Shown here: positions 12,645 to 24,229 of the stretch, piece after piece
How positions within the stretch are numbered: the stretch's first letter is position 1
Layout: each line of letters starts with the position of its first letter
Assembly (NCBI GenBank): GCA_052174495.1
Contig: JBQMRR010000044.1
Span: 56,425 to 120,424, forward strand
Reading direction: 5' to 3'
Origin: Arsenophonus sp. NC-TX2-MAG3
Lineage (GTDB): Bacteria > Pseudomonadota > Gammaproteobacteria > Enterobacterales > Enterobacteriaceae
DNA length: 64,000 nt
Program-made: the position numbers and the translations under genes
The notes under the pieces: generated by a model
Seen by the model: the letters and a program-made list of their open reading frames with translations, nothing else
Databases searched by the model: none
Told to the model about the DNA's origin: nothing

Positions 12645-13946
12645 TTAGTGTAATTTTAGTCTAGGTCGAATGATTCGATTAATACTACCCACTAACATCA
12701 TCAATCCAGTTTTAATATAACCGTGTAACGCTACTTGATGCATGCGATAAAGTGAAATATAGACGATACGAGCGATTTTTCCTTCAACCATCATATTCCT
12801 GCACACTAAATTTCCCATTAGACTGCCAACCGTACTAAAACGAGACAATGAGACTAAAGAACCATAATCTTTATAGACGTATTCTTGCAATTCTTTATGT
12901 TCAAGTAATGCGAGGATATTTTTATAACATAAAGTGGCCATTTGATGTGCAGCTTGAGCGCGTGGAGGCACAAATCCACCCTCTTTTTTAGGGCAAGAGG
13001 CACAATCACCAATCGCAAAAATGGAACTATCTAACGTCGTTTGCAGTGTTGCATTAACCACTAATTGATTAATTTGATTTGTTTCTAAGCCACCAATTTG
13101 ATGCATAAAATCAGGTACTTTAATACCCGCTACCCAAACCATCAGATCGACATTAATTTTTTCTGCTGATTTAATGTTAATACCATCGCTATCCGTACTA
13201 GTTACTATAGTTTGTGTTAAAATACGAACACCTAATTTAATTAATTTATGATGTACAGCTGTTGAGACTCGTATAGGCAGTGCCGGTAAGATACGTTCTT
13301 TAGCCTCAATTAGGGTTACATGAAATGCTTCTTTATCCAAGCCTTCAAAACCATAACTGGTTAATTGCTCGATAACATTATAGAGTTCAGCAGATAGCTC
13401 CACTCCAGTTGCGCCACCACCAATAATTGCAATATTAATTTTATCATTCGTTTTATGGTGTACTGAGTATCTAAGAAATAGATTCAGCATCTTTTCATGA
13501 AAACGAAAAGCTTGCTGAGAATTATCCAGAAAAATACAATGCTCTTTTACACCGGTGATACCAAAGTCATTAGATACACTACCTAGTGCCATCACTAAAA
13601 GATCAAAATTTAATTCTCGCTCTGGAACTAAAAGTTGACCTTCTTTATCATGTATTGCTGAGAGTGTAATAGTTTTATTATCACGATTAATATTGGTTAA
13701 TTGACCTAATTGAAAATGAAAATAGTGATTACGGGCATGCGCTAAATAACTTAGAGCATCAACACCGTCATCTAAAGAGCCTGTTGCAACTTCATGCAGT
13801 AGAGGTTTCCATAAATGGCTTTTATTGCAATCAACTAATATAATCTCAGCTTTATTCTTGTTCCTTAATTTATTCCCTAATTTGGTTGCAAGTTCTAAGC
13901 CTCCTGCCCCACCACCGACAATAATAATTTTAGTTTTTGAGGTCAT
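12645..13946 (-). CDS. ndh: Type II NADH:quinone oxidoreductase
   Basis: 433 aa; [43 protein letters not shown]. Confidence 0.97.
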   Translation of the reverse strand: MTSKTKIIIVGGGAGGLELATKLGNKLRNKNKAEIILVDCNKSHLWKPLLHEVATGSLDDGVDALSYLAHARNHYFHFQLGQLTNINRDNKTITLSAIHDKEGQLLVPERELNFDLLVMALGSVSNDFGITGVKEHCIFLDNSQQAFRFHEKMLNLFLRYSVHHKTNDKINIAIIGGGATGVELSAELYNVIEQLTSYGFEGLDKEAFHVTLIEAKERILPALPIRVSTAVHHKLIKLGVRILTQTIVTSTDSDGINIKSAEKINVDLMVWVAGIKVPDFMHQIGGLETNQINQLVVNATLQTTLDSSIFAIGDCASCPKKEGGFVPPRAQAAHQMATLCYKNILALLEHKELQEYVYKDYGSLVSLSRFSTVGSLMGNLVCRNMMVEGKIARIVYISLYRMHQVALHGYIKTGLMMLVGSINRIIRPRLKLH

Positions 13947-14189
13947 TATAACTACCTTATCATAAATAATTTTTTTGTTATTTAATTAAATTAATAATTA
14001 TTTTATTATAGTATATCATAGATGATTATTTTCTCATATTTAAATTAATTAAAATCAATTTAGCTAGTTATTTTTAGCTATATTGGCAAAGGTTATTGCT
14101 TTGTTCGTAGAGCAATTTGTAGTCATGTCTGCATTTTAATTATTATCGTTTTAAACAATCTTCTCTATGCTAAATAATTCGATAAATAA

Positions 14190-15020
14190 ATATTCCTTCA
14201 TTAATGAAATCTACTAAACTATCTTTTAGACGGCTAATATAACTATTCACATTTTAAATATGAAATTATTTATCAATAAATCTCTAGTTACCAACCTTAT
14301 TTAGCCTATTGTGCCTAATTTTACGCTTGTTGGGAAAGATTTCGTATGATTTTTCTCCATCCAAGTAAAAGATGGATTCTTTACTAATAATTATCTCAAG
14401 AAAATGGCTAATACACTTTACTCTACATTAAACTATTCAAGAATATAATTCCTCATATGACCCTATCAATCTCAAGCAATTAAGATCCCGATTCGTTATT
14501 TTCTTTTATCTCCTCCCCTCCCGCATTATCTACTTTTCCTATGTAGAAAATAACGTTTTCCTTTAAAAAATTTAGGAAAAATATTTAATCTATTTCAATA
14601 ATACTATTTAGTATACTTAAGTTAACTGTTTCTGTTAAAGTAAGAAAGTAGTAACACCATATAAACACTGTTTTTAAATTAAAACTTATTTGTTTTACTG
14701 ACTCCCGTAAAGTCAAGCTATTTAATTAACATATATCGAAGATAACTAAACTTTCATCTTTGTGATGTAGTTTTAAAAGAGGACTTCTAGTACGATTGTT
14801 AAAAGTTTTTCTATAATCAAGGATTTTATAACGATATCGCTATAACCCTAATTAATGTGTAGTTTTGGGTGGGTTATCTTGCTACTAGCGGATAATATTT
14901 TCACTGTGATAGTATAGGCAAGATAAAGTAGAATAAGTTGATTAAATGCATGAATTGATATTATCTAATAAATTGTCTCTGAGTTAACTAATGAGATCCA
15001 GATTTATCTTGGGATGGAGT
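14190..15020 (-). mobile_element. Degenerate IS1595-family transposase remnant
   Basis: Colinear with 55345-55915 and inverse to 46560-47400; minus frame ESIFYLDGEKSYEIF..IRHNRLN resembles the IS1595 TDG..Y..F...H segment. Confidence 0.7.
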
Positions 15021-15029
15021 AAGTAAAAA

Positions 15030-16200
15030 ATCGCTTTGATCTATATGAGTATTTACTTTTCATGGCAAGTTCTGTAACAAAAACCTTTCATGCAGTATAA
15101 GGATTTACCAACAACCTTTCTCAACATAGAGAAAGGTCACCGATTCTTTTCTGCTAAATCTATAAAATAAAATCTTTTAGTTCATGTGAAGTTAAAGTTA
15201 CTGAGTGGTAAATTAGCAGAATAAATTTATATTACTTAACTGCAACTAGCAGTACATTACTTTCACTATCCTATATCCTTCTTTAATCTTTTCAATAATA
15301 ACTGGTTGTTATTTTCTATTCAATGCTCTGTTTTACGTCATCAAACAACTTGTGCTATGCTGTAGCAGTAGTCACGCAAAACAGGATAGTCGAAACTGCT
15401 ATTTTATGCTTTATATACTTATGGTCGATAATTCAATCAATATTCGCATGTTCATCTCTCAATCTCTTATAGGATCTAGATGTTAACATGTTATATAAGA
15501 TAAGCTATTCTCAAAAAAAGAGAAGTCGAAAAATCTAGTGAGGTTGCCCCATGATCTGCTTGCTGTATGACACAGCTGTAACCTAATAAATCCAAATAGC
15601 CTTCTTTTTTAGGTACATCTGCACCAGGAAGTAGTAGCAGGGTTACTTAAAAGTGCAATACAGAAATATTACTGGAAAGTATACTTTTCTAAAAAGACGG
15701 AATAGGTGGATGGGATAGTGTGAAATACTTCATACCCTATCTTAAACGGCCTCAGGTATCTATGTAAAAACTACGAAATTATCAATGGGAGAAGTGCTTT
15801 GCATCATTATTACATCCATACTCAATAATACCAACATCAGCCATTGACGCAGGAAAAATGATCAGGTGCTATATTGGCCATATTTAAGTGAGTTATGTTA
15901 AGATAATCTGTTATTATAGTTTCTTATCGAAATATTAACTAGAAAACACTATTACCGAGATGTATTATACAAGTTTCTAAAGATGATAACTCGTAAAAAC
16001 CGAAAAAACCGAAGTTCGCTGTTTTAATGAAAGATTCCTGCGCACAGATCTATATGAATGCATGCTATATGGAAATAGGTTGCTTTTATCGATCCTTCCA
16101 GCTTGGGAGATAGAAAACAGAATTATTGTCAAAAAGAATGTATAGGATAGAAAAGGAGGGCTCATTAAGATAATCCTAGGATTAATATTTCTAAAATTGA
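15030..16200 (+). mobile_element. Degenerate IS91-family (rolling-circle HUH) transposase remnant
   Basis: Frames give SVKYFIPYLKRPQV, MIRCYIGHI..KIICYYSFL and NNWLL, matching IS91 SVKYLARYLKRPPV / MVRYYGFL / NNNWPLL. Confidence 0.8.
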
Positions 16201-16299
16201 TGTATTAGATTAAGTAACATTTACTTCGATAAAATTTACTTTATAAATAAATCCAATAAATTGATTCTATCTCCTTTTAGGAAGGAGATATGACTTTTA

Positions 16300-16544
16300 G
16301 TTTTTTTAAGAGTGATTAAATTTTTAACCTGAACACCGACTTAGCTGATGATGCATCCTAAAAGTAATGCTTATGAGGTATGATCTAGCAATCTAATGAG
16401 TGCAAGAAGATAGACTTGTAAAGCTAAAATTTTAATTCTGCTCAATAGCTTGAAATCACTCTGTATAAATATGTTTAACTGTATAATCAGAAATTGCTCC
16501 AATCAGTATTGGATAGTACAATTCCATTATAGTCTATGAAAGAT
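16300..16544 (+). mobile_element. IS481-family 3' remnant, continued at 17982-18040 after the IS256 insertion
   Basis: LEITLYKYV*LYNQKLLQSVLDSTIPL*SMKD, then (after IS256) DWFKVKPELFK; cf. LETTLHRYVWLYNQQLPQSALGSKTPLQAMKDWHKLKPELFK. Confidence 0.85.
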
Positions 16545-17981
16545 AAGTTATATTTATTTTTGTGTTATGAATTTCAAAGATGGTAGCATATCCTGCTTAT
16601 GATTTTATCAAATATTTCAATAACAGAGAGACGATATGATATGAAAGCGCCTACCATACAGGGATCTGTAAATGAGATATTATTCTGATTCTTTGCATGA
16701 ACGCATCCCTAATGGTGTTAGGGCATAGATGATAGCTATCTGCTGTTGAATTGGAGCCTCAACGGCATCCTGCAACAATATGCTCAATCATCTCTTATCA
16801 ACGAATTCGTATGCCGTCGAGTATAACGATTATTTGCCGAAGCAAACTTAATATAGACAAGTATTGATGATGTTGAAATTTGAAGTGCCTAAGATCAGGA
16901 ATTGCAGCGGAAATGGAATATTAGCTTAACAGCTTTATTGGCTGTCCTATCTGAAGTGTCTAAAAATCGGATAAGATTTGCTACCATGACTTTGTTACCT
17001 GTAAGGAAGGAGATATTATCCACTGGTTATATTTATGAAGCCATGAGCTGCTTTTAAGCAAAAAGCACATGGGGTCTCTATTGCTAAGTACTATCAGCAT
17101 ACTGATACAGCAATGGCTTAAAGAGTGCAAGAAATGGTAGCTCTGTGATTTAAGCGATACTGTTATGTTTACTTCTTGACTGAAGGTATATACTGTTTTA
17201 TTAGAAAAGCGGTTCTTTTTGGTTACTAGCAATTATTGGGATTACTATATGGACGTAAGGAGATCATTGTGATCGAAAATAGTTATTTATAATCAGAAGC
17301 AAATTGAGTCATGTTTCTTTAATGACCTGCGAGCATGTTCTTAATCGTATTTTCTATGATTAGTACGGTATGATGCTTGATTTTTTTTGGAATGTATATA
17401 GAAAGATATTCCCAGTGGCCAGCACTGACAAGGTTATTGGCTATATAAAACAGCATTGGTACTAAATTACTCTCAAAAGGTATCCAGCAGAAAGTTAAGG
17501 CTAAGCTCTTCTGTTCTGAGATGAGATTAGCAGAGAAATCCGTAATGTCACTAATAAAGTTTCATGATTTCTTAGAAAGGTTTTTATAGGTCTATACATC
17601 GCTTGTAGCGATGAAGAAGCCATAGAAGGAGTGAGAAAAGAGCTGCTGCATTCTACGACTTCCCATCAGTGCACTCTGTATGAGGGTTCAGTAAAAGATC
17701 CTAATTTCGTCAATAAGAATAAACTCAATCTAATTAAATCGAATTTTGTAATAGTAAGCCTACGAAGCTGATGTGTGAAGCACTGTAATTTAAGAAAGAC
17801 AACCCTTTTAATGGCATCTAAGTTACTCTCGTTTTCTCCAAAAAATTGAAACTGGCTAATAGGATTAGTCCTGCTAACTTTTATGGTAGTAATGAAATTC
17901 AATTTAAGAATGGAGATAGATTCATAAAGCATCAAAATGGAGCTTACCCTAACCGCCTACACTTAGATTTTCTAATAACTT
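16545..17981 (+). mobile_element. Degenerate IS256-family element (copy 3), full length
   Basis: Left end AAGTTATATTTATTTTTGTGTTATG, right end ACACTTAGATTTTCTAATAACTT; imperfect flank repeat ATGAAAGAT / ATCAAGAT. Confidence 0.88.
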
Positions 17982-18099
17982 ATCAAGATTGGTTTAAAGT
18001 TAAACCTGAATTATTCAAAAACTATACTATCTTTCAAGATCTCTGGAAATTAATTCCAGAGGAACTGGCACAATATAATTTTTTGTTTTAATTTATAAA

Positions 18100-18790
18100 A
18101 ATTATCATAACTATTCAATTACTAAAAAATAGTTTTGCAAAAATTCACTTTATATATTTTTATCTTAACTATTTATTGCAAATAACGTTATCAGAGAAAA
18201 TATGATATTGCAATCAGGTAGTATATATTCCCTAAATTAAGAATTTTTAACATTTCATTATCAGTAATAAAAAATTTATTTGATGAAAATCAAGATGAAC
18301 AAATGCTTTTTTACTAGTTTAGATTATTGTGGATATTGAAAGAATTGATGTAAACTTATCTGAGTAGGTGATAAATTGCCTGAGTTAATGATGCTATTAG
18401 TAATTAACTAAATACTATTGAATTAAAGTAAGTAACCAGATAATGGATATGAATCTAATAATGGAAGTATGCAATTTAATGGTTGATATAATTCAGGGAA
18501 TAAATAGAGTTTCTCAGTAGCTGATTTACCTTTCATTTATTCTAAGAGTCACTCAATGATTATTTAGTCCAAATATCTTTTTAAGCAGAAACAAGCTAAG
18601 AAAGCTAGAACCATATTTTTATCCTTATTTTTCTACAAAACGGACAATAAATTTAATATTTTCGGTTACTTCAACAAAAAAGCTTCTACCAAAAGGATCT
18701 TGATAATGCTTTAAATCCAAATTTATTGCGTATTATTTTCTAAACATTTTTGTAAAATTACCACAATAAGTCTTTCTTTTTATTCAATGC
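18100..18790 (-). pseudogene. thiK: Thiamine kinase ThiK (YcfN) remnant
   Basis: Directly after lpoB as in the conserved operon; FGRSFFVEVTENIKFIVRF resembles ThiK LSGGSFLIEHQGQRFVVRQ. The rest is heavily AT-eroded. Confidence 0.5.
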
Positions 18791-19349
18791 GATTCGATCC
18801 TGACCAGAGGATCTCACCCGTTTGTGCTGCCATTAATTGCATTTTAATTTCACTTTGTTGTTGATTACCAGAAATCACTGAATATAAGACATAATCAGCT
18901 TGCACATAACGTGCTAATCCAATGGATTTACTTCGCGTAACTAAACTATCTTCTTGGGATAAGCCCAGCGCTTTACGTGCATTTACTACTACATCTTGCG
19001 GAACTAATTTAAATACATGTTGGTTATTAACTGCATCAATAATAGCATCGATTGATTGAATTGATATATTGGTATTATTTTTGATTGAATCAATCAATAA
19101 AACCTTACCTGATTCAACCCCCTTCGCTTGCACCAATTGATTGGCTAAAGGAATAATTGCTGTTAACCAATTAATTGTTTTTATTTTTGGTAATTGCGGC
19201 ACAGTATTATCTGGAGATGTTGATATTATTGATTGCTCGCTAGGTTCAGCGGGCTTAATTATAACAACGGGTACGTGTTTTTTACTTGTTATCGATGAGC
19301 AGCCAACTAATGTAAATATTACAACCATAAGTTGAAAAATACGTCTCAT
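18780..19349 (-). CDS. lpoB: Penicillin-binding protein activator lipoprotein LpoB
   Basis: Lipobox LVGC; LGLSQEDSLVTRSKSIGLARYVQADYVLYS; QTGEILWSG. Confidence 0.93.
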   Translation of the reverse strand: MRRIFQLMVVIFTLVGCSSITSKKHVPVVIIKPAEPSEQSIISTSPDNTVPQLPKIKTINWLTAIIPLANQLVQAKGVESGKVLLIDSIKNNTNISIQSIDAIIDAVNNQHVFKLVPQDVVVNARKALGLSQEDSLVTRSKSIGLARYVQADYVLYSVISGNQQQSEIKMQLMAAQTGEILWSGSNRIE

Positions 19350-19502
19350 TTACTCTTCTCCTTTATACCTCAAATTGAAAGGTAAACTGAATAATAAAAA
19401 TCTGCGCTAAATACTAATTTAGATTATTTAATAAATAAATATTAAGCAAAAAATGATTTTTATTTTTTAATATCAAATTTATGAATAGCAGTTTAAATTT
19501 AT

Positions 19503-19862
19503 CTATTCTTTATTTGTTGTTAGTAACGCCCCTAAAGGATGACCTCCCAATAAATGCATATGAATATAGAAAACTTCCTGACCAGAATGTTGGTTACAAT
19601 TCATAATTAAACGGTAACCATCATCAGCAATGTTTTCTTGTTTTGCTATTTTTGCTGCGACTGTAATCATATGACCTAACGTTTGTTCATGCTCAGGTTT
19701 TGCGTCATTTATGGTTGGAATAAAAATATTAGGAATAATTAAAATATGGACGGGTGCTTGTGGTTCTTTATCTCTAAATGCTGTTACTAAATTGTCCTGA
19801 TAAACAATATCAGCGGAAATTTCGCCTTGTATAATTTTACTAAAAATCGTTTCTGTTTCCAT
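19503..19862 (-). CDS. hinT: Purine nucleoside phosphoramidase HinT (HIT family)
   Basis: [36 protein letters not shown]. Confidence 0.95.
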   Translation of the reverse strand: METETIFSKIIQGEISADIVYQDNLVTAFRDKEPQAPVHILIIPNIFIPTINDAKPEHEQTLGHMITVAAKIAKQENIADDGYRLIMNCNQHSGQEVFYIHMHLLGGHPLGALLTTNKE

Positions 19863-19901
19863 AATTTTATAAGTTAAATCTAATTTTAATATGCAAGTTA
19901 T

Positions 19902-20687
19902 TTAATTAACTTCAATGGTTAAATGAAAAAGATCGCAAAAATTCTGCGTGGTAACTTGCGCAATTTCTTCAAGATCGACACCTTTTACTTTAGCTAAAAA
20001 TTGTGCAATATAGCTTAGATAAGCGGGTTGATTTTCTTGACCACGATGGGGAACAGGAGCTAGATAAGGAGCATCAGTTTCAATCAAAATACGATCCAAG
20101 GGTACTATACGTGCAGCCTGACGAATCTGTTCAGCATTTTGAAATGTCAGTATACCAGAAAATGAGATATAAAGCCCTAAATCTAATAATGTTTTAACCA
20201 TCTGTTCATCTTCCGTAAAACAGTGTAAAACTCCACCGCAATCACCAATCTGCTCTTCTTTTAATATGGCTAAAGTGTCTTGCCGAGCTTCTCGGGTATG
20301 AATAATAATAGGTTTATTTAATTGACAACCTATACGAATATGTTGGCGAAAAGATGTTTTTTGTAATTTAACATTCTCAATTTGGTAATGAGAATCTAAA
20401 CCAGTTTCACCTAATGCAATAACTTCGCTGCCTGAGGCTAAGTATAGAAGTTCATCAAAATCGTAACTTTCATTAAGGTTAAGCGGATGAACACCACATG
20501 AAAAGGCTACATTTTTGCGTAGACCAATCTGCTTTTTTATACTAAAAAAGTCTGATAGCGCTGTTGCAACAGCCAGCATATATTTTACCTCATTATTCGC
20601 CGCTTTTGCGATAACATCATCGATATCTTTATGTTTATTCTTATAATCTAAACAATTAAGATGACAGTGTGAATCAATTAAAAACAT
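19902..20687 (-). CDS. ycfH: TatD-family metal-dependent hydrolase YcfH
   Basis: DSHCHL, GETGLD, IIIHTR, VLHCFT, ETDAPYLAP; follows holB. Confidence 0.94.
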   Translation of the reverse strand: MFLIDSHCHLNCLDYKNKHKDIDDVIAKAANNEVKYMLAVATALSDFFSIKKQIGLRKNVAFSCGVHPLNLNESYDFDELLYLASGSEVIALGETGLDSHYQIENVKLQKTSFRQHIRIGCQLNKPIIIHTREARQDTLAILKEEQIGDCGGVLHCFTEDEQMVKTLLDLGLYISFSGILTFQNAEQIRQAARIVPLDRILIETDAPYLAPVPHRGQENQPAYLSYIAQFLAKVKGVDLEEIAQVTTQNFCDLFHLTIEVN

Positions 20688-20698
20688 AATAAACTCTT

Positions 20699-21688
20699 TT
20701 AATTATTGTAATTAAGTACGTTTTGCCATTTAATTAACTGAGATGTCAATCGTAATTCCTGATTCAGCCCCATGACTGACATTAATTGATAACGGCAATT
20801 TTTCCATTCAGTAGCGCTTTTTAATATGCTATCAACAGAGTTGATAGCGGCTAATTTAGTAATTAATGATAGTTGATCCTGATTAATACAATAACTACCT
20901 GCTTGCTGTTGATATTTTACAGCATCCAGCAATAGGCTTATTAGCCAGCTAATCCGATAGGCAGCGTCTGGTTGATCCAATTCAGGTAACCAACTTAAAA
21001 TTGTCTTGGTTGATAAATATTGCATTAATGATTGGCAAAATTGCTTTCTTTTTAGCCAATTATCTGACTTTAATAGTGTTAAAGCGGCAAGAGGGGCCCC
21101 CGCATTCAATTTTATTGCTGTTTTAATATCAACTAATGCTAGCGATATTTTTTGTTTTTGTAACCAAGAAATTACGTTCTTTTCCTCTGGCACTGAAAGG
21201 TAATAATAAAAACATCTACTACGTAACGTAGCTAGCAATGCAGCTGGATCGCAGCATTCTAAAAAAAAATAGGTATTGTCTGTTGGTTCTTCTAAAATCT
21301 TTAGTAAAGCGTTGCTAGCCGCTTCTGTTAGTGCTTCAACTTCAGAAAACCAAATAACTTTCGGCCAACTTTGCTGTGTATGATTAACTAAAATCTCAGT
21401 TAAGCAACGAATATTTTCAATACGTATTGTATTTTTACCCTTCTCAGCGCTAATTTTATGCCAGTCTGGATGTGTTCCAGCTATCATCAGCTGACAGCTA
21501 CGACAAACCCCACAACTTTTTATATCTACTGGCTGTTGACACATTAGCCAACGGCTAATAGCATAAATAAGTGAATCACTTCCCATTCCAATATTGGCAT
21601 GCAATAGTAATGCATGGTGTCCTTGATTCTTCTGATGAAGAGCAATTATCTGTCTATATGCATAATTTAACCATGGATACCAGTTCAT
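20699..21688 (-). CDS. holB: DNA polymerase III subunit delta'
   Basis: MNWYPWL, CGVCRSC zinc module, AASNALLKILEEP, LRSRC. Confidence 0.96.
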   Translation of the reverse strand: MNWYPWLNYAYRQIIALHQKNQGHHALLLHANIGMGSDSLIYAISRWLMCQQPVDIKSCGVCRSCQLMIAGTHPDWHKISAEKGKNTIRIENIRCLTEILVNHTQQSWPKVIWFSEVEALTEAASNALLKILEEPTDNTYFFLECCDPAALLATLRSRCFYYYLSVPEEKNVISWLQKQKISLALVDIKTAIKLNAGAPLAALTLLKSDNWLKRKQFCQSLMQYLSTKTILSWLPELDQPDAAYRISWLISLLLDAVKYQQQAGSYCINQDQLSLITKLAAINSVDSILKSATEWKNCRYQLMSVMGLNQELRLTSQLIKWQNVLNYNN

Positions 21689-21689
21689 T

Positions 21690-22325
21690 CTACTTGCCTT
21701 TAGCTGCTAACCAATTTGATAATGTTTGGCAAATGATTTTTTGCATCTCTTTTAGAGATTGGTTGGCATCAATTGTGATAATTGTGTCATCTTCTGTTGC
21801 TAATTCAAGATAGCGCTGGCGAGTTCGTTTAAAAAAATCCAATGACTCTTTTTCAATCCGATCTAGTTTACTACGATCACGTGCTCGCTGCAAGCCAAGA
21901 CTAGGTTCTATATCAAGATATAGTGTTAGATCAGGTCGAAAATCATCTAATATAGTATTGCGTAATACTTGCATTAATTCAGCGGAAAGGCCACGTCCTC
22001 CGCCTTGATATGCTTGCGATGAGAGATCATGTCGATCACCAATGACCCATCTTCCCTTTGCAATAGCGGGTTTGATAACATTTTCAATTAATTGAATACG
22101 GGCAGCATAAAGCATTAATAATTCTGCTTTATCGGTGATTTTTTCCTCGGAAATACCATTCTTAATTAATTGACGCAATTTTTCTGCTAATGGGGTTCCG
22201 CCTGGTTCACGGGTGAAATCAATCTCAGTTATTCCTACTTTAGTGAGTGTTTCTGCAATTGTTTTTATTGCAGTAGTTTTTCCTGCACCTTCAAGACCTT
22301 CAATAACTATATAACAACTTTTCAT
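21690..22325 (-). CDS. tmk: Thymidylate kinase
   Basis: [32 protein letters not shown]. Confidence 0.97.
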   Translation of the reverse strand: MKSCYIVIEGLEGAGKTTAIKTIAETLTKVGITEIDFTREPGGTPLAEKLRQLIKNGISEEKITDKAELLMLYAARIQLIENVIKPAIAKGRWVIGDRHDLSSQAYQGGGRGLSAELMQVLRNTILDDFRPDLTLYLDIEPSLGLQRARDRSKLDRIEKESLDFFKRTRQRYLELATEDDTIITIDANQSLKEMQKIICQTLSNWLAAKGK

Positions 22326-23332
22326 TCATTTTTATCTTTTATCTGACGATAGTTTTTAACTGCCTGATTATGATCATTAAAATTGGTAGTAAAAGTATGC
22401 CCACCATTACCTGTTGCAACAAAATAAAAATAGTTAGTTTTATCAGGATGAGCCGCGGCTTTAATTGAAGCTCTACTAGGCATAGCAATTGGGGAAGGTG
22501 GCAAACCAACAATCAAATAAGTGTTATAAGGGCTTAGCTTATCTATATCATTACGATATAGAATACCACGGTATTTATCACCTAAACCATATATAACAGT
22601 AGGATCTGTTTGCAACCGCATTTTTTTCTTTAATCGATTAATAAATACTGATGCTACTTTAGGTCTCTCTATATCAATGGCAGTTTCTTTTTCAATAATT
22701 GAAGCCATAATTAACATTTCATATGGTGTTTTATATGGTAAATTTGATGCCCGTTCTTCCCATTCATATTTAAGAGTCGTTATCATTCTCTGATGAGCAC
22801 GTTTTAATATGTCAATATCTCTTACTTTTGCTGTATAATAGTAAGTATCTGGATAAAACCATCCTTCTAGTGATTGACCACAAGGTAACCCTATTTGCTG
22901 TGCTAGTTTATCGGTAGTTTGCCTTAAATAAGGTGCTTTATATAATACTTTTTTCCAATCTTCGAAACGAGAGCCTTCAATAAACAGTAAGCTAAATTGT
23001 GCTTCTTTACCAGTAAAAAACATTTTTAACATTGCCCTCAATGTTATACCAGGATTTAATCGATATGTACCTATCTTAAATTGCGCTAATGATGGTTCTA
23101 ATCTCAGTAACCATTGAAATTTATTAGGCGATTTTATTATTTCCTGCTCTGTTAACAATGATTCTAATTCTGCTCGCCCTGTTCCTGCAGGTAAAGTAAA
23201 AATCGTTGTTTCATGAATATTAATAGTCGTATCAGCGTAATTTTGTATTTGACAGTAAAATATATAGATAATACAAGCACTTAATATTAATAAAAAAATA
23301 ATTAACCATAATATGCGTCTTGCATACTTCAT
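22322..23332 (-). CDS. mltG: Endolytic transglycosylase MltG (YceG)
   Basis: N-terminal TM helix; [40 protein letters not shown]. Confidence 0.96.
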   Translation of the reverse strand: MKYARRILWLIIFLLILSACIIYIFYCQIQNYADTTINIHETTIFTLPAGTGRAELESLLTEQEIIKSPNKFQWLLRLEPSLAQFKIGTYRLNPGITLRAMLKMFFTGKEAQFSLLFIEGSRFEDWKKVLYKAPYLRQTTDKLAQQIGLPCGQSLEGWFYPDTYYYTAKVRDIDILKRAHQRMITTLKYEWEERASNLPYKTPYEMLIMASIIEKETAIDIERPKVASVFINRLKKKMRLQTDPTVIYGLGDKYRGILYRNDIDKLSPYNTYLIVGLPPSPIAMPSRASIKAAAHPDKTNYFYFVATGNGGHTFTTNFNDHNQAVKNYRQIKDKNE

Positions 23333-23377
23333 TTAATACTGATATTCCTAATATTTACTATAAAAATTAATTTAATA

Positions 23378-24214
23378 TTAATTTAACCTAAAACAATATG
23401 GTAAAAGAAAATTGAATAATTCACGTGAATAATAATGCAATATGGATTGCTTTGACTGAGTTAAAATACGATTAATTGATAATATAGGCATTAAAGAATT
23501 AGTAATGATCACCTCATCGCTATACGCTAATATGTTAAGATTAGCGCTGATATAAAAAAGTTCATAATCAGTATTAAATAAACTCGCAATAACCTGTTTG
23601 CGCATTACACCTTCAACACCAGCATGATTTAGATTTGGTGTATAAATTTCTTTTCCTTTACGTAAAAAAATATTCCCTGCACAGCATCCAATCAATATGC
23701 CATTAGTATCCGTCACAATAGCTTCATCAACATTCAATAATTTAATTTGCTGTTTTATCAATATTTGCTCTAAGCGATTTAAATGTTTAATGCCAGCCAA
23801 ATAACAGTTGTTATTTACAGGTATCTTACTTATTATTAAATCAATACCTGTTTGCTGTTGTTTTAAATAAATAACTGGATAATCAGTTAATAAAATAATA
23901 ACAGTTGCTTTGTTGAGGCCATCTATATTATACCCTTGTCCACCTTCGCCTCGACTAATAATAACTTTAATAACCGCTAAATCTTTTTTATTAAATTGCG
24001 CTATCTGATTTACATCAGTAGCCAATTTTTCCCAATCTGGGGTAGGTAAAAGTAATTGTTTAACCCCTTTTTGTAAGCGAGAAATATGATGGCACAATAA
24101 GGCTGGCTGATGTCCAACCACACGAATTGTTGTAAAACAGCCATCACCAAATTGAACAGCTCTATCCATTACAGAAATATTAGCTCGATGTTCACCATTA
24201 ATCCAACATATCAT
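23378..24214 (-). CDS. pabC: 4-amino-4-deoxychorismate lyase
   Basis: DRAVQFGDGCFTT, GIKHLNRLEQ, GVEGVMR; position upstream of mltG. Confidence 0.95.
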   Translation of the reverse strand: MICWINGEHRANISVMDRAVQFGDGCFTTIRVVGHQPALLCHHISRLQKGVKQLLLPTPDWEKLATDVNQIAQFNKKDLAVIKVIISRGEGGQGYNIDGLNKATVIILLTDYPVIYLKQQQTGIDLIISKIPVNNNCYLAGIKHLNRLEQILIKQQIKLLNVDEAIVTDTNGILIGCCAGNIFLRKGKEIYTPNLNHAGVEGVMRKQVIASLFNTDYELFYISANLNILAYSDEVIITNSLMPILSINRILTQSKQSILHYYSRELFNFLLPYCFRLN

Positions 24215-24229
24215 AGTATTAACTTTTTA

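Noticed and set aside
14040-14190. ycfP remnant upstream of ndh
   Set aside because: Only a weak EQS..TFANI resemblance at the expected position; not enough to call.
17846-18091. 81-aa ORF as a novel small protein
   Set aside because: Chance chimera of the IS256 3' end and terminal repeat with the IS481 tail (DWFKVKPELFK).
19350-19502. ycfL remnant between hinT and lpoB
   Set aside because: Position fits, but the sequence is too short and eroded to support a call.
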